A stretch of DNA of 64,000 nucleotides, taken from the NCBI GenBank assembly GCA_965113315.1, contig OZ220369.1. One strand, given 5' to 3'. This DNA comes from Podarcis vaucheri. Its lineage: Eukaryota. Under the pieces are notes generated by a model. That model made no database searches. It saw only the letters and a program-made list of their open reading frames with translations, and was not told the DNA's origin. Positions within the stretch are counted from its first letter, which is position 1. Each line of letters starts with the position of its first letter. The position numbers were made by a program, and so were the translations under genes. Below are positions 12,401-24,400 of the stretch, in pieces.

Positions 12401-15400
12401 TGCTTGGGGAGGGAGGTACTATTAGGCTACTGGAGTACATTGGACCCCTTCCATTATGAGCACAGTATTTCATTAGGACAGTATTTCACATTTCTAAAAT
12501 GAAGTGTCAATTAAATTATCCCCCCCCCTAAAACAGGAGGATTGTTGAAATATGTCTTAAAATTTACTTCCTGCTAGCTAAGTGTAAAAAATAAAATTGT
12601 GTAGGAGGGTTACCTCTCCTACAGTAACAGGGGTGCTATGAAACTCGGAAGGCATTTCAAGTATTTGCAAAAAAAAAATTAAGCAAACCTGAATCACTTC
12701 ATACTCCCTACACAGTGGTACCTTGGGCTACATACACTTCAGGTTACATACGCTTCAGGTTACAGACTCCGCTAACCCAGAAATATTACCTCGGGTTAAG
12801 AACTTTGCTTCAGGATGAGAACAGAAATCGTGGTCCGGCGGCGTAGCAGCAGCGAGAGGCCCCATTAGCTAAAGTGGTGCTTCAGGTTAAGAACAGACCT
12901 CCAGAACTAATTAAGTTCTTAACCCGAGGTACCACTGTACTGCTCAACAATTACATGGGGTCAGTTGTCCTGGGTTGTTTCTCCCCCATACTGTTTCAAG
13001 TTTCATTTAACTAACAGGGGTCCCAATGTTCCCCTATTGCAGTGTTTCCCAACCGCTGTTCCGCGGCACACTAGTGTGCCGTGGAACTTTGCCTTGTGTT
13101 CCGCGGAGGCGGGCGAGTCGGGCGGTGAGAGGCGGGGCGGCGGCGGCGAGCACACGCGGGGCGGCGAGCGAGCGAGCTCCCACATCCCATCGCCGCTCGC
13201 CACCTGGCCTGCGCATCCGCTCGTTACTGGGCCTGCCCCAGGAGGTGGGGTTGCGGGCATCACGCCCTTCCCCACGTGAGCGGGGAATCCCATCCGCCCC
13301 CACGTGAGCGGGGAATCCCATCTAATCCCATCTCAGCCCCCGCGAGAGCAGGGGAATCCCATCTGGCCATCTCAGCCCCCGCGAGAGCAGGGGGAATCCC
13401 ATCCGGCCACGCCTCCTGGCCAGCCAATCGGCTGGCTGGAGGGGGCGTGGCTTGTCCTTTTTAGGGCCGGAGCGGAGGGGGCTCGCCCTCTCTTCTCCGG
13501 CTAGCCCCATCGCTGCTCGCTACTGGGCCTGCGCATGCTCGACGGCACCAAGCAGGGGCCCTTGGCCGTGCCGGTGCCCACCGTGCCAGCCTCCGCCCAG
13601 GAGGGCGGCAAGCAGCCACCGCCACCACCACCCCCGCCGCTGCCCGGCAACCGCGCCGCCGCCCCCGGCTCCCCGCAGCGGGTGATCGTGCAGGCTTCGA
13701 CGGGCGAGCTGCTCCGCTGCCTGGGGGACTTCGTGTGCCGCCGCTGCTACCACTTCCCATTGCCGCTCAGCCTGCGCGTGCGCGATCGCGCCTTCGGGAT
13801 TCCCTTCAGCAGGCATCAAGCAGCCTGCCTCCCTGCTTTTTCCAATTAAGGGAACCTCCACTCTCCTGCCCCTCCGTGTTTCTCACCCCAAAGCCTTGTG
13901 GGCAGCAGGAAGTGGGGCCGCCCCGCCTCTACCCCACGCCGGGTGGCTGCTGACACGTCCCTTGGGCAGGAGAGGCATCCGGCTGGATGAAGGCAGCGAC
14001 GCCAGGGGAACGAAACAGCACGGCAGGTCTGAGTTGGTGCCTGGAAGGACACAGACTGCACTGCATTCCACAGCTCCGAGGCTGGCAGGTGAGTGCGTGC
14101 ACTCCTCTCTCTCATTTTATTTAATGTGCATTTTAGAAGCATGTGGAAATATCCTGCGTCATCAACCACTTTGGGGAAAGTGTGCGTGTGTGTGTTTGGG
14201 GCTAGATTTCATGCATGCCTTTTTTTAAAAAAGTTCTCTTCCTGCTTCATCCACATTCACCCCCCAAAAGGCCATTTTCTGTGTGCTGAATAAATTCTGC
14301 AACTCAAATGGCACGAGGTGCCAATGCATCGGGGCTGTGGAATTTATTCTGCTTGCAGAATTCTGCAACTCAACCGCATTTTGATGTTTAAATGTTGTAT
14401 TTTAATCTTGTTTTTAAGTTATATTTCAATCAACTTGTTTTATTATTGGTTTTTTTTTATTTCAATCAACTTGTTTTTTATTATTGTTTTTATTTCAATC
14501 GACTTATTTTTTATTATTTACTATATTTCTAATGGTGGTGTGCCGCGAGATTTTTTTCATGAAACAAGTGTGCCTTCGCCCAAAAAAGGTTGGGAAACAC
14601 TGCCCTATTGGAAAGGGAAACTGTCCCTCCTATCCCCAGGAACTTCTCAAAACAGAGTAGCGGGGAAATCACAAAGGTTTTGCCTGTATCATGTTACAGC
14701 ATTTCATGAACACAGAAGAGATTTTTCTGTGAACTTTAAAAAAATCCCCATTCCTTTGTGCATGAAAAACAACTATAAGCAACCCTAATTACAAAGCTCC
14801 AAAGGCATCTGCTTGACCACAGGAGTACAATTTCACTCTATGCAGGTGTTTAACTCTGCTCCACACTGCATTTATGTAGATACAGAAGCCCTTTCAGGCT
14901 CCAACCGGCGGACAGTCTTGTTATTAATTCCATACGGATACTGGCTTCTAAAACCAATTCACCATGACATGTTTTTTATCAGTAGACTTATGCATAGATT
15001 TATATATTTTTAAAAAGGAAGTTGCTGGTTCCAGAAAAAGGCAGGTAATGAAGTTAATAAATAACCAAAGAACAAGAAAGAGCCTCCAGTTTCTCATCTG
15101 AGGAAGCACCCCCTTCCCTACACCAAAGTTACCTTTTGAGAAGCCCCATTAAGAAGGCCTCTATCCCATAACGCCTTGTTTCCAGTTGGGTCCTCGTCTA
15201 CCTCATCATTTGTGTTGGGTGGTAGCCGCACCTACAGGAGGAGGCATCAAGAGTGTCAAACTCACGTGTGGTCTTAATGGCAAACGGGAATAACTGGAAG
15301 GTGTTGTAAGCATGAATTCAGAAAAGCCCAAACCAGCAAACACTCTGCATGTCACTTCAAACCACAATGAGTGCCCCAACCTGGGTTCACAGCATTTTTC

Positions 15401-18400
15401 TCCCCCAACAAACCATGAGAGTTAGCCAAGGTTTGTTCTTAACTCATTGCCTGTGCTTGCTGGAAGCAAACAAACCAACAGGCTGATGTCTGAAAGTCAC
15501 AACAAGCCGTTGCAGCCGCAGCAGAAGAGGAGCAGACCAAGAACTCTTCAGGAGCATGCACCAACACAACCACATAAATCCGCAAGCTGTTTATAGCTGT
15601 GGGGTGACTATGGTGTGTAATCCAAGCCACAAAAGGAGAGCAACCAAGCATGTGTCTCCATTAACAGAAACGTCACAAGGTGTGCACTTTGGCAGAAGAG
15701 TGTCCAGAGGAAGTTGCCACCCCCCATGACAGCAGCATGTGAGTGTGGGAGAAAGGTCTCACAGGCCACTGGCTAAATGGTGCTTAGCAAAAGCAAAAGG
15801 CTGGGGTTTCACTGGCATCTCCCACATCAGGGAATCAAAACGACAGCAGGACAGTTCTCAAATGAGCCCCAGGAGTTTCCTGGCTGCCTTCAGGCTGACT
15901 CACCACACAGATGTTGCCAAACTTGTCAGCCCCAGCCACAGTGTCATAGTCGAGGAGGCAGGCAGTGGTGACCCAGCGGGGGTGGGTGTCATCTGCAAAA
16001 ATGACCAGCTGGTTCTCGTTCCTCTTGTAGCGCACCCAGATGAAGCTCTCCTGGACATCCGAGACGATCACTCGGTGCCCAATGGTCTGGATCCCACAGA
16101 TGTAGTTGGCAATGTGCTGGGAAGTGACAGCAATTCAGAAAAGCAGTTCAAAAAGCAGAAAAGGGAGGCTGTTCAAGGCAAGCCCCAAAATCCCTTCCTG
16201 AGCCACTACGCAAATGAATTCTGAACATCACTGGCATCTCTCTGCAAGGCTATGATCATTTATAGTGCAACAGCTGTAGCTTTCTAAGAGAGAAAAGGAG
16301 AGTTGGGACATTGCTTATCTGTGATCACTTTCTGTATCTGAATGTGCACTGAGAACCAGTGCTAACATCATTCTAGGTAGTTCTCCTGATTCTAGAAATA
16401 CTCAGAAGGCCAAACAAACAAGGGAAAAGCAAATCTGTGAAATATGAAAATGTTCCTATTTCTACTTTCTATAACCCAGAACCCGCCAGAACTACAAATC
16501 CCATCATCCTTGACCATTGGCCACGCTGACAATAGCTGATGAGAGTTGTAGTCCAAAACATTTGGAGGGTCCAGGCTGCTCTGTGCCCTTTTGTGCAGAC
16601 GGTTCACTACACCATTATAAAGTTGGTGTCAGGAACGACTAAAAAAAAATCCAAAACTTTCAACTATCACCTTGTGTGAATCACAGGCCATGGCTTCATA
16701 AACACAAGACCACACCTTTGAGCCTCAGAGTCTCAATTCTATTCCCAAGGGAAAGAAAGGTACAGAGAGGGTAGAAACAGCCCTGAAGACTTGCCCCTTA
16801 AGCAATCTAAAGGAAGCCAAAGCTCTGGGCAAGAGAATGTTTCCCTGGAACTTGAAAAAAGTTCAAAGGTTTCAACCAAATTTGTTAAAAGTGATAGGGT
16901 ATATCTGCATTAGGAAATGCAGCTTCCAGGAGATCTACACACACAAACACACACACAACATTCTAAATACCTTATTCTCACACTTCCGGAGCAGCTTCTT
17001 CTTGCCCAAGTCATATACCCGCAAGAGTTTCCCCACACCAATGAGCACTCTGCCTTGGAAGGGGGCAATAGCAGCTGGTACCTCCTCTACTGGGGTCTGA
17101 ACAGAAAGGAAATGAAAGAGAAGAAGCCTTTGTCAAGCAGACTAAACAAAGATCATTAATATTACCCTCACTGCATAAATGACGTCCCGCCACTGCAGGG
17201 ATAGGCAAGTTTCAGCCCTGGCAAAGGATGCAGATCCACCACCACTGACTTTGGGGGCCCACTTGAATCAAGTACCCATTGCATCCACTGGGGAAGAGAT
17301 GGACTTTGCAAGCCCACAAGGACAAACTGCCTCTAGGAAGGGGCCTCCTAGTCCGGTTCCTGCCCAACAAAAGAACCTGCCTCCACACAGGTCCAGGCTG
17401 CTAGGTATCAACAAGGAGGAAGAATTCAACTTTTGCAGTGCTCTGTACATTGTTGGCTTTCTCCATGTCAACTGAAGCCAAAGTATTCAGCAACCACCAT
17501 CAGGTGCTGCAAAAGCTCAAGTCAGATCACCTATAAATGACCCATTCACAGGTCTATGCTTGTTTTGCTTCAAATGTCCATTAGATAACTGCAACTGTCA
17601 CACCATTACTATAATTGCTCAAATTTCCCTGGCAGCAAGCAATGTGCATACATTTTGCATGGCAAACACAGGCAAAATCCAATGTGATTTTTGATATGGC
17701 TGCTGTTTTGTGCACAGAAGGAAAACCATTTGTGGAGTACTTACTAACAGTGATGGTCCTCTGTTCTCAACCAAGAGATTTCCGTCCCAAAAAGTCGGGT
17801 CTCATCAGTACATTTTAGCAACCTCTTGGCAAGCCCCATCCATGTTCATCTTCCCAGATTCCTTCCCCTCCAACCCACTAGTGGAGGAAATTCTCACCTT
17901 GTGCAGGAACTCAAGCTTCTCCCCACTGTTTATCAACTTATAGGTGTAGACAAAGCCTCCAGCCACAGAGCGTGGGTTCAGGATGAGGTCCTTGGCTACG
18001 CCCACTAGAACATGCCAGTCGTCACCACCATTGGCAAATCGGCACACTGCCACACTGTAGAGAGCCAGAACGATAATGTTACTTGACAAGACGAAGGGAA
18101 GACTGGGAAGGCAAAAGAAGTAGTTGCTTCACAGCAATGAAGAGCAAGAGAGAACACTTTGGGGAAAGGCAGCAGCGAAGGGTATGTTGTACCATTTGCT
18201 TGTGGTAAGGCAGTATAGAAATGCAATACGCAAACTGAATGAGATTTAATTAGGGCTGTTGTCAACTGAGAAGATCATGGTAAATGACTGCTATCGGCCC
18301 CAAGACCCCAAACAACTTCAGGTAGACTGCATTTTTGCTTTATTTAATTAGATTCTAGAGTCATCTGGCAACAATAGTATAAGTAAATATTTGGTTTGAC

Positions 18401-21400
18401 TGGTGTACTTCAAGTATGACCAAAGTATGACCCGGTATAAAGAGTAATTTTCATTATTTAGCAGAAAGGACAGCATTCAAAATGGTAACTTGCTTCAGAG
18501 GTGCAGACACTGTTCCTTACCTGAAGGCAGCTTCATTTTGCTCCAGCTGGACTAGATCTAATGTGTTTCCTTGGATGGGGTTCATCACCCGGACAACAGA
18601 CGCCCATTGTCCATTTCCTGCTTTTGGGGCACCAAAGATGGACTCAGGAAGGTTCTCGTTCAGAAACGCAGCCGCCATCTCTGCAGCTAGTTCCCTCTCA
18701 TCTTCCCCTGCAGCTTCCACCATTTCCTGCAATGCACAAGGGGGCAAAAAAAGGACTGTAAGAGCTGCCTGCTGGTTCAGGCCAAAGACCTATCTCTACT
18801 GCAGCATCCTGTTCTCACAGTGGCCAAAGCAGATGCCTCTTGGAAGCCCAAGCAGGACCTAAATCATTCCCAACAACTGGCATTTAGAGGCATGCTGCTT
18901 TTGGCAATGGAGACAGAATATAGTCATCATGGTTAGTAGGCAACTGATAATCTACTGCTCCATGAATTTGTTTAATGCTTTTAAAGCCATCCAAGTTGGT
19001 GGCCATCACTGCTTCTTGTGATTTTGATGGTTAGGCATTCCTAACTGAGGTGCAGAAAGTAAGTGAGCTTTTCCATGGGTTACAAAGGAGGATTAGCCTC
19101 CTCTCTGGAAAGGAAAGTGGTCACTGCTCTGCACTGTGTTGCGACAACTTCCCCACCAAGTACAGCAGCAGCAAAAGAAGCTCCAGCTCACAGAATCCTG
19201 TCCCTGCCCTTCTTTGGTGAGAGCTGGGCCCCAGGCAGAAGCCAGGCATGTTACCTCTGCCATCTGCTGCTTCCTTTGGGCTTTAGTGGCCTCAGTATAA
19301 GCATTGTGGTCCGTCTCAATGATGATTAGGTTGTTGCTCTCAGGGTGGATGACGAACTTCCTAGGAGTGTACTGCAATGGGAAGGCAACCTGGTTGAAGA
19401 CAGCTCCAAGCTTCTCCAGGGCCAAAATCCTGTGGGAGCCAAAAAGTTGCAGACATTAAGCTTATCCCAGTGAGCCACCTTAAAGGAACTAAAAGGACAT
19501 CCAAGCCAAACAATGGAGCCTCCCTGCTGGGCAAGCACCTGTGGCATGAACAGGCAACCCCCTTTAGTATTCAAGATCATGAGAAACAGCTGCCTCCTGC
19601 CCCTGAAGAGAGATCAAGCAGACCTTCAACAAAACCAACATGGCTGCTATTTCAGAACCACCTGATGCTTTGTGAAAATGTAGCGAAGCCTTTGAAGTGA
19701 ACACTCCACAGACTGGCTACCACCAAGGAATAATCTCCTCCCAACAACCAGTCATGTTTCAGGTGGGTTGCCGTGGGTGGGTGGCTGCCATGTACAGCTC
19801 TCCTTCCCATCTTGAGCAACTGGGAAGGAGGCCAGTTCAAGCCACTCAACGCAGAGTGGGTAAGCCACCTTACCCATGAAAGGTCATGTAGAAAGGAGGC
19901 GTTCAGGGCAACCCTTTTGGGCACCAGCTGCCCCTGCTTTGCACAGGAAGGAGCTTGGGACAGACAAGCAAGACAGACAGATAGTCCTGTGTGCCAAGAG
20001 AGAAGGCAAACAGGTTTCATTATTTGTTTCCTTTCCCACTGCTGGCATTTTGATACGAACCTCAGTGTGTTTGTTGAGATGGCTACTATGCCCTCTGGAC
20101 ACTGCTCTGAAGCAAAGCCAGAGGCAAACTCCAACGTTTCATATGAGAGGGGTGTTAAGTGGAAGCGGGATTGATAGGAGTAACTCAGCCAAGAACGGCT
20201 TGACATGGCCAGCACCTGGAGCAGGAGGAAAAGAAGAGAGAGAGAACTCAGGGAGAGAACAGCAAATGGGACAGAGCAGTTCACACCTCTGGGAACCAAG
20301 CTGGCTGCCTTCTCCTCCTAGCAGCCCACAGTCAAAGGTTCTGTTGGCAGGGCAGAACTAATTACAGGCTCTAGGAGTCCCCAAGCCAGCAGCATAAGAG
20401 AAGTTGTGAGGGGGCCAAATTGAGATTCCTGCATTGTATGGTGTTGGTCTAGATGACCCCCAGGGTCCCTTCCAGCTCTACAATAATATGATTCTGAAGG
20501 CCACAAGCCTGGCTACTTTATCACCAACTTTCAAAAACACCTTGCACTCTGTAAATCAGGTGCAATGACTACAGCAGCAAGAGCCAGGCAAACAAAGGAC
20601 ATTGAGTACTTCCTCCTTCTTTAATGGCCCCCTCCCTTTCCCACAAGCAGCTAAAATAAGCAGGACCCAGAAGCAGGCCAAGATATTTCCTTTCCCCTGG
20701 CCTCATCAACACTCTTGTTTGCTCCCTCACTCACACCCCCATCCAATAGCATGTATTTTCCCTCTGTACCAGACGGTAAACAAGGAATTTAGTTGTGAAC
20801 TCATCCCACCCCAAATTTCTAAAAGATCTTAGTCACCAGATTCACAGTCCTCCTGAAATTTTTGCTCCTCCCCCTCCAGCTTTTCATGAGTGCACTCCTC
20901 TGATTCCCCGCTCACTCACCGCTTCTTGGCCTTGCATCCGGACTCGGAAGAGCTTCACAGGGCGCGAGCCCAGATACCTGGTCCTTGTGTCAGAGAGGTC
21001 ACCAGTAACTGGATCAAGGACAGTTCGGAGAAGCACACCGTTCTGGGTTACAAGGGCAGATGAGCAAAGCAAGGTGTGGGGAGAGGGACAAGGGCAGGCA
21101 GAGAGAAAAAGAGGCACCAGATTAACTCGGAATACCAATGTATCTTTAGCTCCTGACTTCGGAAGTCTTACTATTTCCAGGTTCTCTCTGGCATGTACAA
21201 AATTAAGCACAACACTGCTACAAAGCTGCTGTTTCCTCCTTTAACAAACTAAGAAAAGGCTTTTTTGTGAAACAGCTTAAAGTGTAGGCTACTCCCACTT
21301 CCCACCTAAATACAAAGACCCCTGACCCGCTGGAAGATGAGCTCTAACACTTCCACCCTACTTCCTGGCAGACAGAAGGTATCCTTCACAATGGGATCAG

Positions 21401-24400
21401 AGTCTGCCTTAATCAAGCAGGAGAGGGCTCCGTTCCTCGGGAGCTCTGGGAGAGTGAAGAAGGTGGCAGGAGGGACGCAATGTTCCATTCTGGCAGGCCT
21501 TCTGAGAGGGTATGTGGAATGGGTCTCTATAGGGTTGTACAAACTCAAGATTATGGCTTCCTACACAGTCCAGTCAAATGCAGCAAGACCTGGTCCAATC
21601 CCATATATCGAGGATCTAGCAAAGGTTCTTGGCAGTAACTGCTTACCTGCAAGCCAATGTTCAGGTACAAGAAGCCAATCGAGCCCCGCTCTCCCAGTTC
21701 ATCCTGCTTCTCAGCTCCACCCATTTCCACAATGCACAGTGATTCTGGCTGGGCAGGGAGAGCTTGCATACTCAGCGGCTGAAGACAGTCCTAAGGGATG
21801 GAGAAGGAAGACACCATTACTAAAGCAGAGAGAAAGAGCAAAGCATAACACATAAGGTCTTTGTTGCTACCCTGAACCAATTCAGACATCAGGTGAGGAA
21901 CTGTAAATGGCCAGATTCTCCTTTGTACAAAAATGCCTGGCACATTTGAAGGAGAAGACTAGGCTGACCTGCCAATTTTCTATGTAGGAGGGCATTCAAC
22001 CACATCCCCCAGCAGTCTAAAGAGATAGACTGAAGAAGCACATGGCAATGTTGATTATGCCAACCAGCTCAAAATGTTTCTCCATTTGGGGCAATCTGTG
22101 GGAAGATTCATTTCATCTGAGGAAGTCTTTAAAGAATATTTTTTAGCTCTGGCCTTCTTTCAGGCAACCCAGTATCTTCCAAAAGTTTGGAATACAACTC
22201 CCATAATCCTCAGCCAAACTGACTAAGGCTGGGGTGAGTTGTAGTTTAAACCATCTGAAAGTCACCAGGTTGGAGAAAGCTCGTGTACAACATACACCTT
22301 GATTATTGTGAACTGACCTATTATATGGTCACCGAAGCATGACCAGAGGTTTGATGCTCCTTACTGGCATCAAGTCCTTTGGAATGCCTGAACCTTCAAA
22401 TTAAGAGGCAGGGGTATCAAAAAAAGAAGGGGAGGGGAGAGAAAGCAACTGCAGTTTGGGAAAAGAGCATGCTAGAGTTCAACTGGAGTCAGCTAAAACT
22501 GGAAGACATATTGGGGTACTGGAGGAGTAAGCCCTGCCTTTGGGGTTTCTGACGAAGCACCAACAGTTGTATTGCCCACTTTATGAGTCTGCTTGCTTCC
22601 AATATGCTCTCCTTCCATATTAGATAGCAAACCCAAGTAAGTCTAGTGCATTCTCACATCCAAAGAAAGGAAAGCCCTGCTAACTACCCCTGGAATTTCC
22701 TCTCACTCAGGTTTTTTTTGGGGGGGGGGTTAGTTTTGGTTAAAATACTTTAATTCGGGTCAGCAAAGGCTTAGCTACAGGCAAGCGACTCTCAGGAAGC
22801 ACTTACAGAGGGGTCGAGGGAAATGATGCGCACAGTGTTGTCTACCAGCCCAACAGCAAGGAACCGGGAGCGCTGCTCTCCTGGGGGAACATTGGCCAAG
22901 CTCATGCACACCACGTCAGCAGACATCTCCTTCCGCTCTGTGTATTCATTCAGCTGTCCTGACTGGTGTGGAAAAAAGGCACAATGGAGGAAGGAAGTCA
23001 CACCTGGATTAGCAGAACCAGACTCGTTTCAGATCAAGAGCTGTGCAGTAAATTCTTTGAACCATGTATGATGACAGGTGACCTTGCTTGTTTGAAGCCT
23101 GGAGCACTTTGAAGAACACCAAGTTTATCAGAGATAAGCTGGTCTTTAAAAATATGCCAGACTCTGTAATGGCCCACCAAAGCAACCCTCGAACACCCAC
23201 CCCACCCAAATGGCACAAATCACCTGAATGTTATCCTGCACAAGAACCCCTGAAATGAAGGAAAGCGACATAAGGAGCCCAATAATGCTGTGATGCAGTT
23301 CTCATTTGTTTCCACTGCAAGCCTAGTCTGCAAACCCTCATGAAAGTCACATCTCCCTCCAGCTAAGCTCACGTACCGGGTCCATCTCAAAGTAGACCAG
23401 CTCTCCCCCTGTCAGTGCGATCACCACTTGTCTCTGATTCACAGCACATTTGACGATGGTTTTCTTCCCTGGTGTTTTCCACTCATTAACTCTTTTATCT
23501 GCTCTGATGTGCCGGATGCCATCAGGATAAACCTAAACAAATACAGAAATAAGATGCTGAGTCAGTCCACCTGACAGGAAGTGCCTTTGCTGTTCTTTCC
23601 ATTATTAGGCTAGCCTTGCAAGTCAGCTCACAGAAGTTATCAGCCTAGCCTTTTAAAAAATTTTCCTAAACTGCTTGCTCACATACAGTTTTTTACTGTC
23701 ATTTGGACACACCAGAGGTCAACAAGGGAAGCAGAAGAACCAGCACCTCTTACCTGGTTTACAAAAGCTTACTCAGCCTGCTCATCTGTAACCCATTTGC
23801 CACAAGTACGTGGCAAGATTTCCATGCCTACCTATACAGCTTTTTAGTTTGCAAAGTGATCTATAATCTTTATCTCATTCACACAACTAATTTCTGCTGT
23901 TCACCATCAAGTGCTCTCATTATATCTAGCTGAGAGAGGGCAAAGTCAACAAACAGCAACTTGAAAAGTGCCACCAAGGTAAATGATCAAGATTCCACAA
24001 GCTCCTATCTACCTTTAAAAACAAAACAAAAATCACAGGGAATATTAGTCTATGCAACCAGTTAAAATAATGCAGTAGAAGACTAAACTTTTTTTAGTAA
24101 GAGCGGAACACCAAGGGAATCTTACTTTGAAAGGCTCTTGAAACAACCCTTTCCCAACCTTAAAGGTGACCTTATCCTCTAGCCAGTTTGCAGTCACAAC
24201 TATTAAATTAGCTACCACCACCCCATCCATGCCAGGAGAGCACCACAACCTAACCCCCTCTCCTTGCATCTCTTGAGAAGGCCAACGGGCCTGGCTGCAA
24301 AAGGCAAGCAGAACACAAAGAGGTAAAAGGCCCCTTACCTGCACCAAAGCATCATCTCCCAACAATGAGCAAGACAAGGTGGGCGTAGTACCAAGGAATC

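Larger units (their letters stand above)
13040..14602. mobile_element. Non-autonomous hAT transposon carrying captured host sequence (Pack-TIR / Pack-hAT), in SF3B3 intron 23
   Basis: Perfect 15-bp TIRs cagtgtttcccaacc (13040-13054) and ggttgggaaacactg (14588-14602); perfect 8-bp TSD ccctattg (13032-13039 and 14603-14610); subterminal ggcacac motifs at both ends; no transposase ORF; CpG-rich interior containing a CDK5R2 fragment. Confidence 0.93.

Noticed and set aside
13271-13400. CRISPR-like repeat-spacer array
   Set aside because: Eukaryotic context; the units are tandem duplications without unique spacers; no cas genes.
13535-13849. A genuine nested CDK5R2 gene or a classical processed pseudogene
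   Set aside because: Only an internal ~70-codon piece is present. There is no MGTVLS N-terminus, cyclin-fold core, 3' UTR or poly(A) tail, and it is enclosed by DNA-transposon TIRs and a TSD.
13040-14602. GC-rich island as contamination or chimeric assembly
   Set aside because: Matching TIRs, an exact 8-bp TSD and correctly phased flanking SF3B3 exons argue for a real insertion; read support should still be checked.
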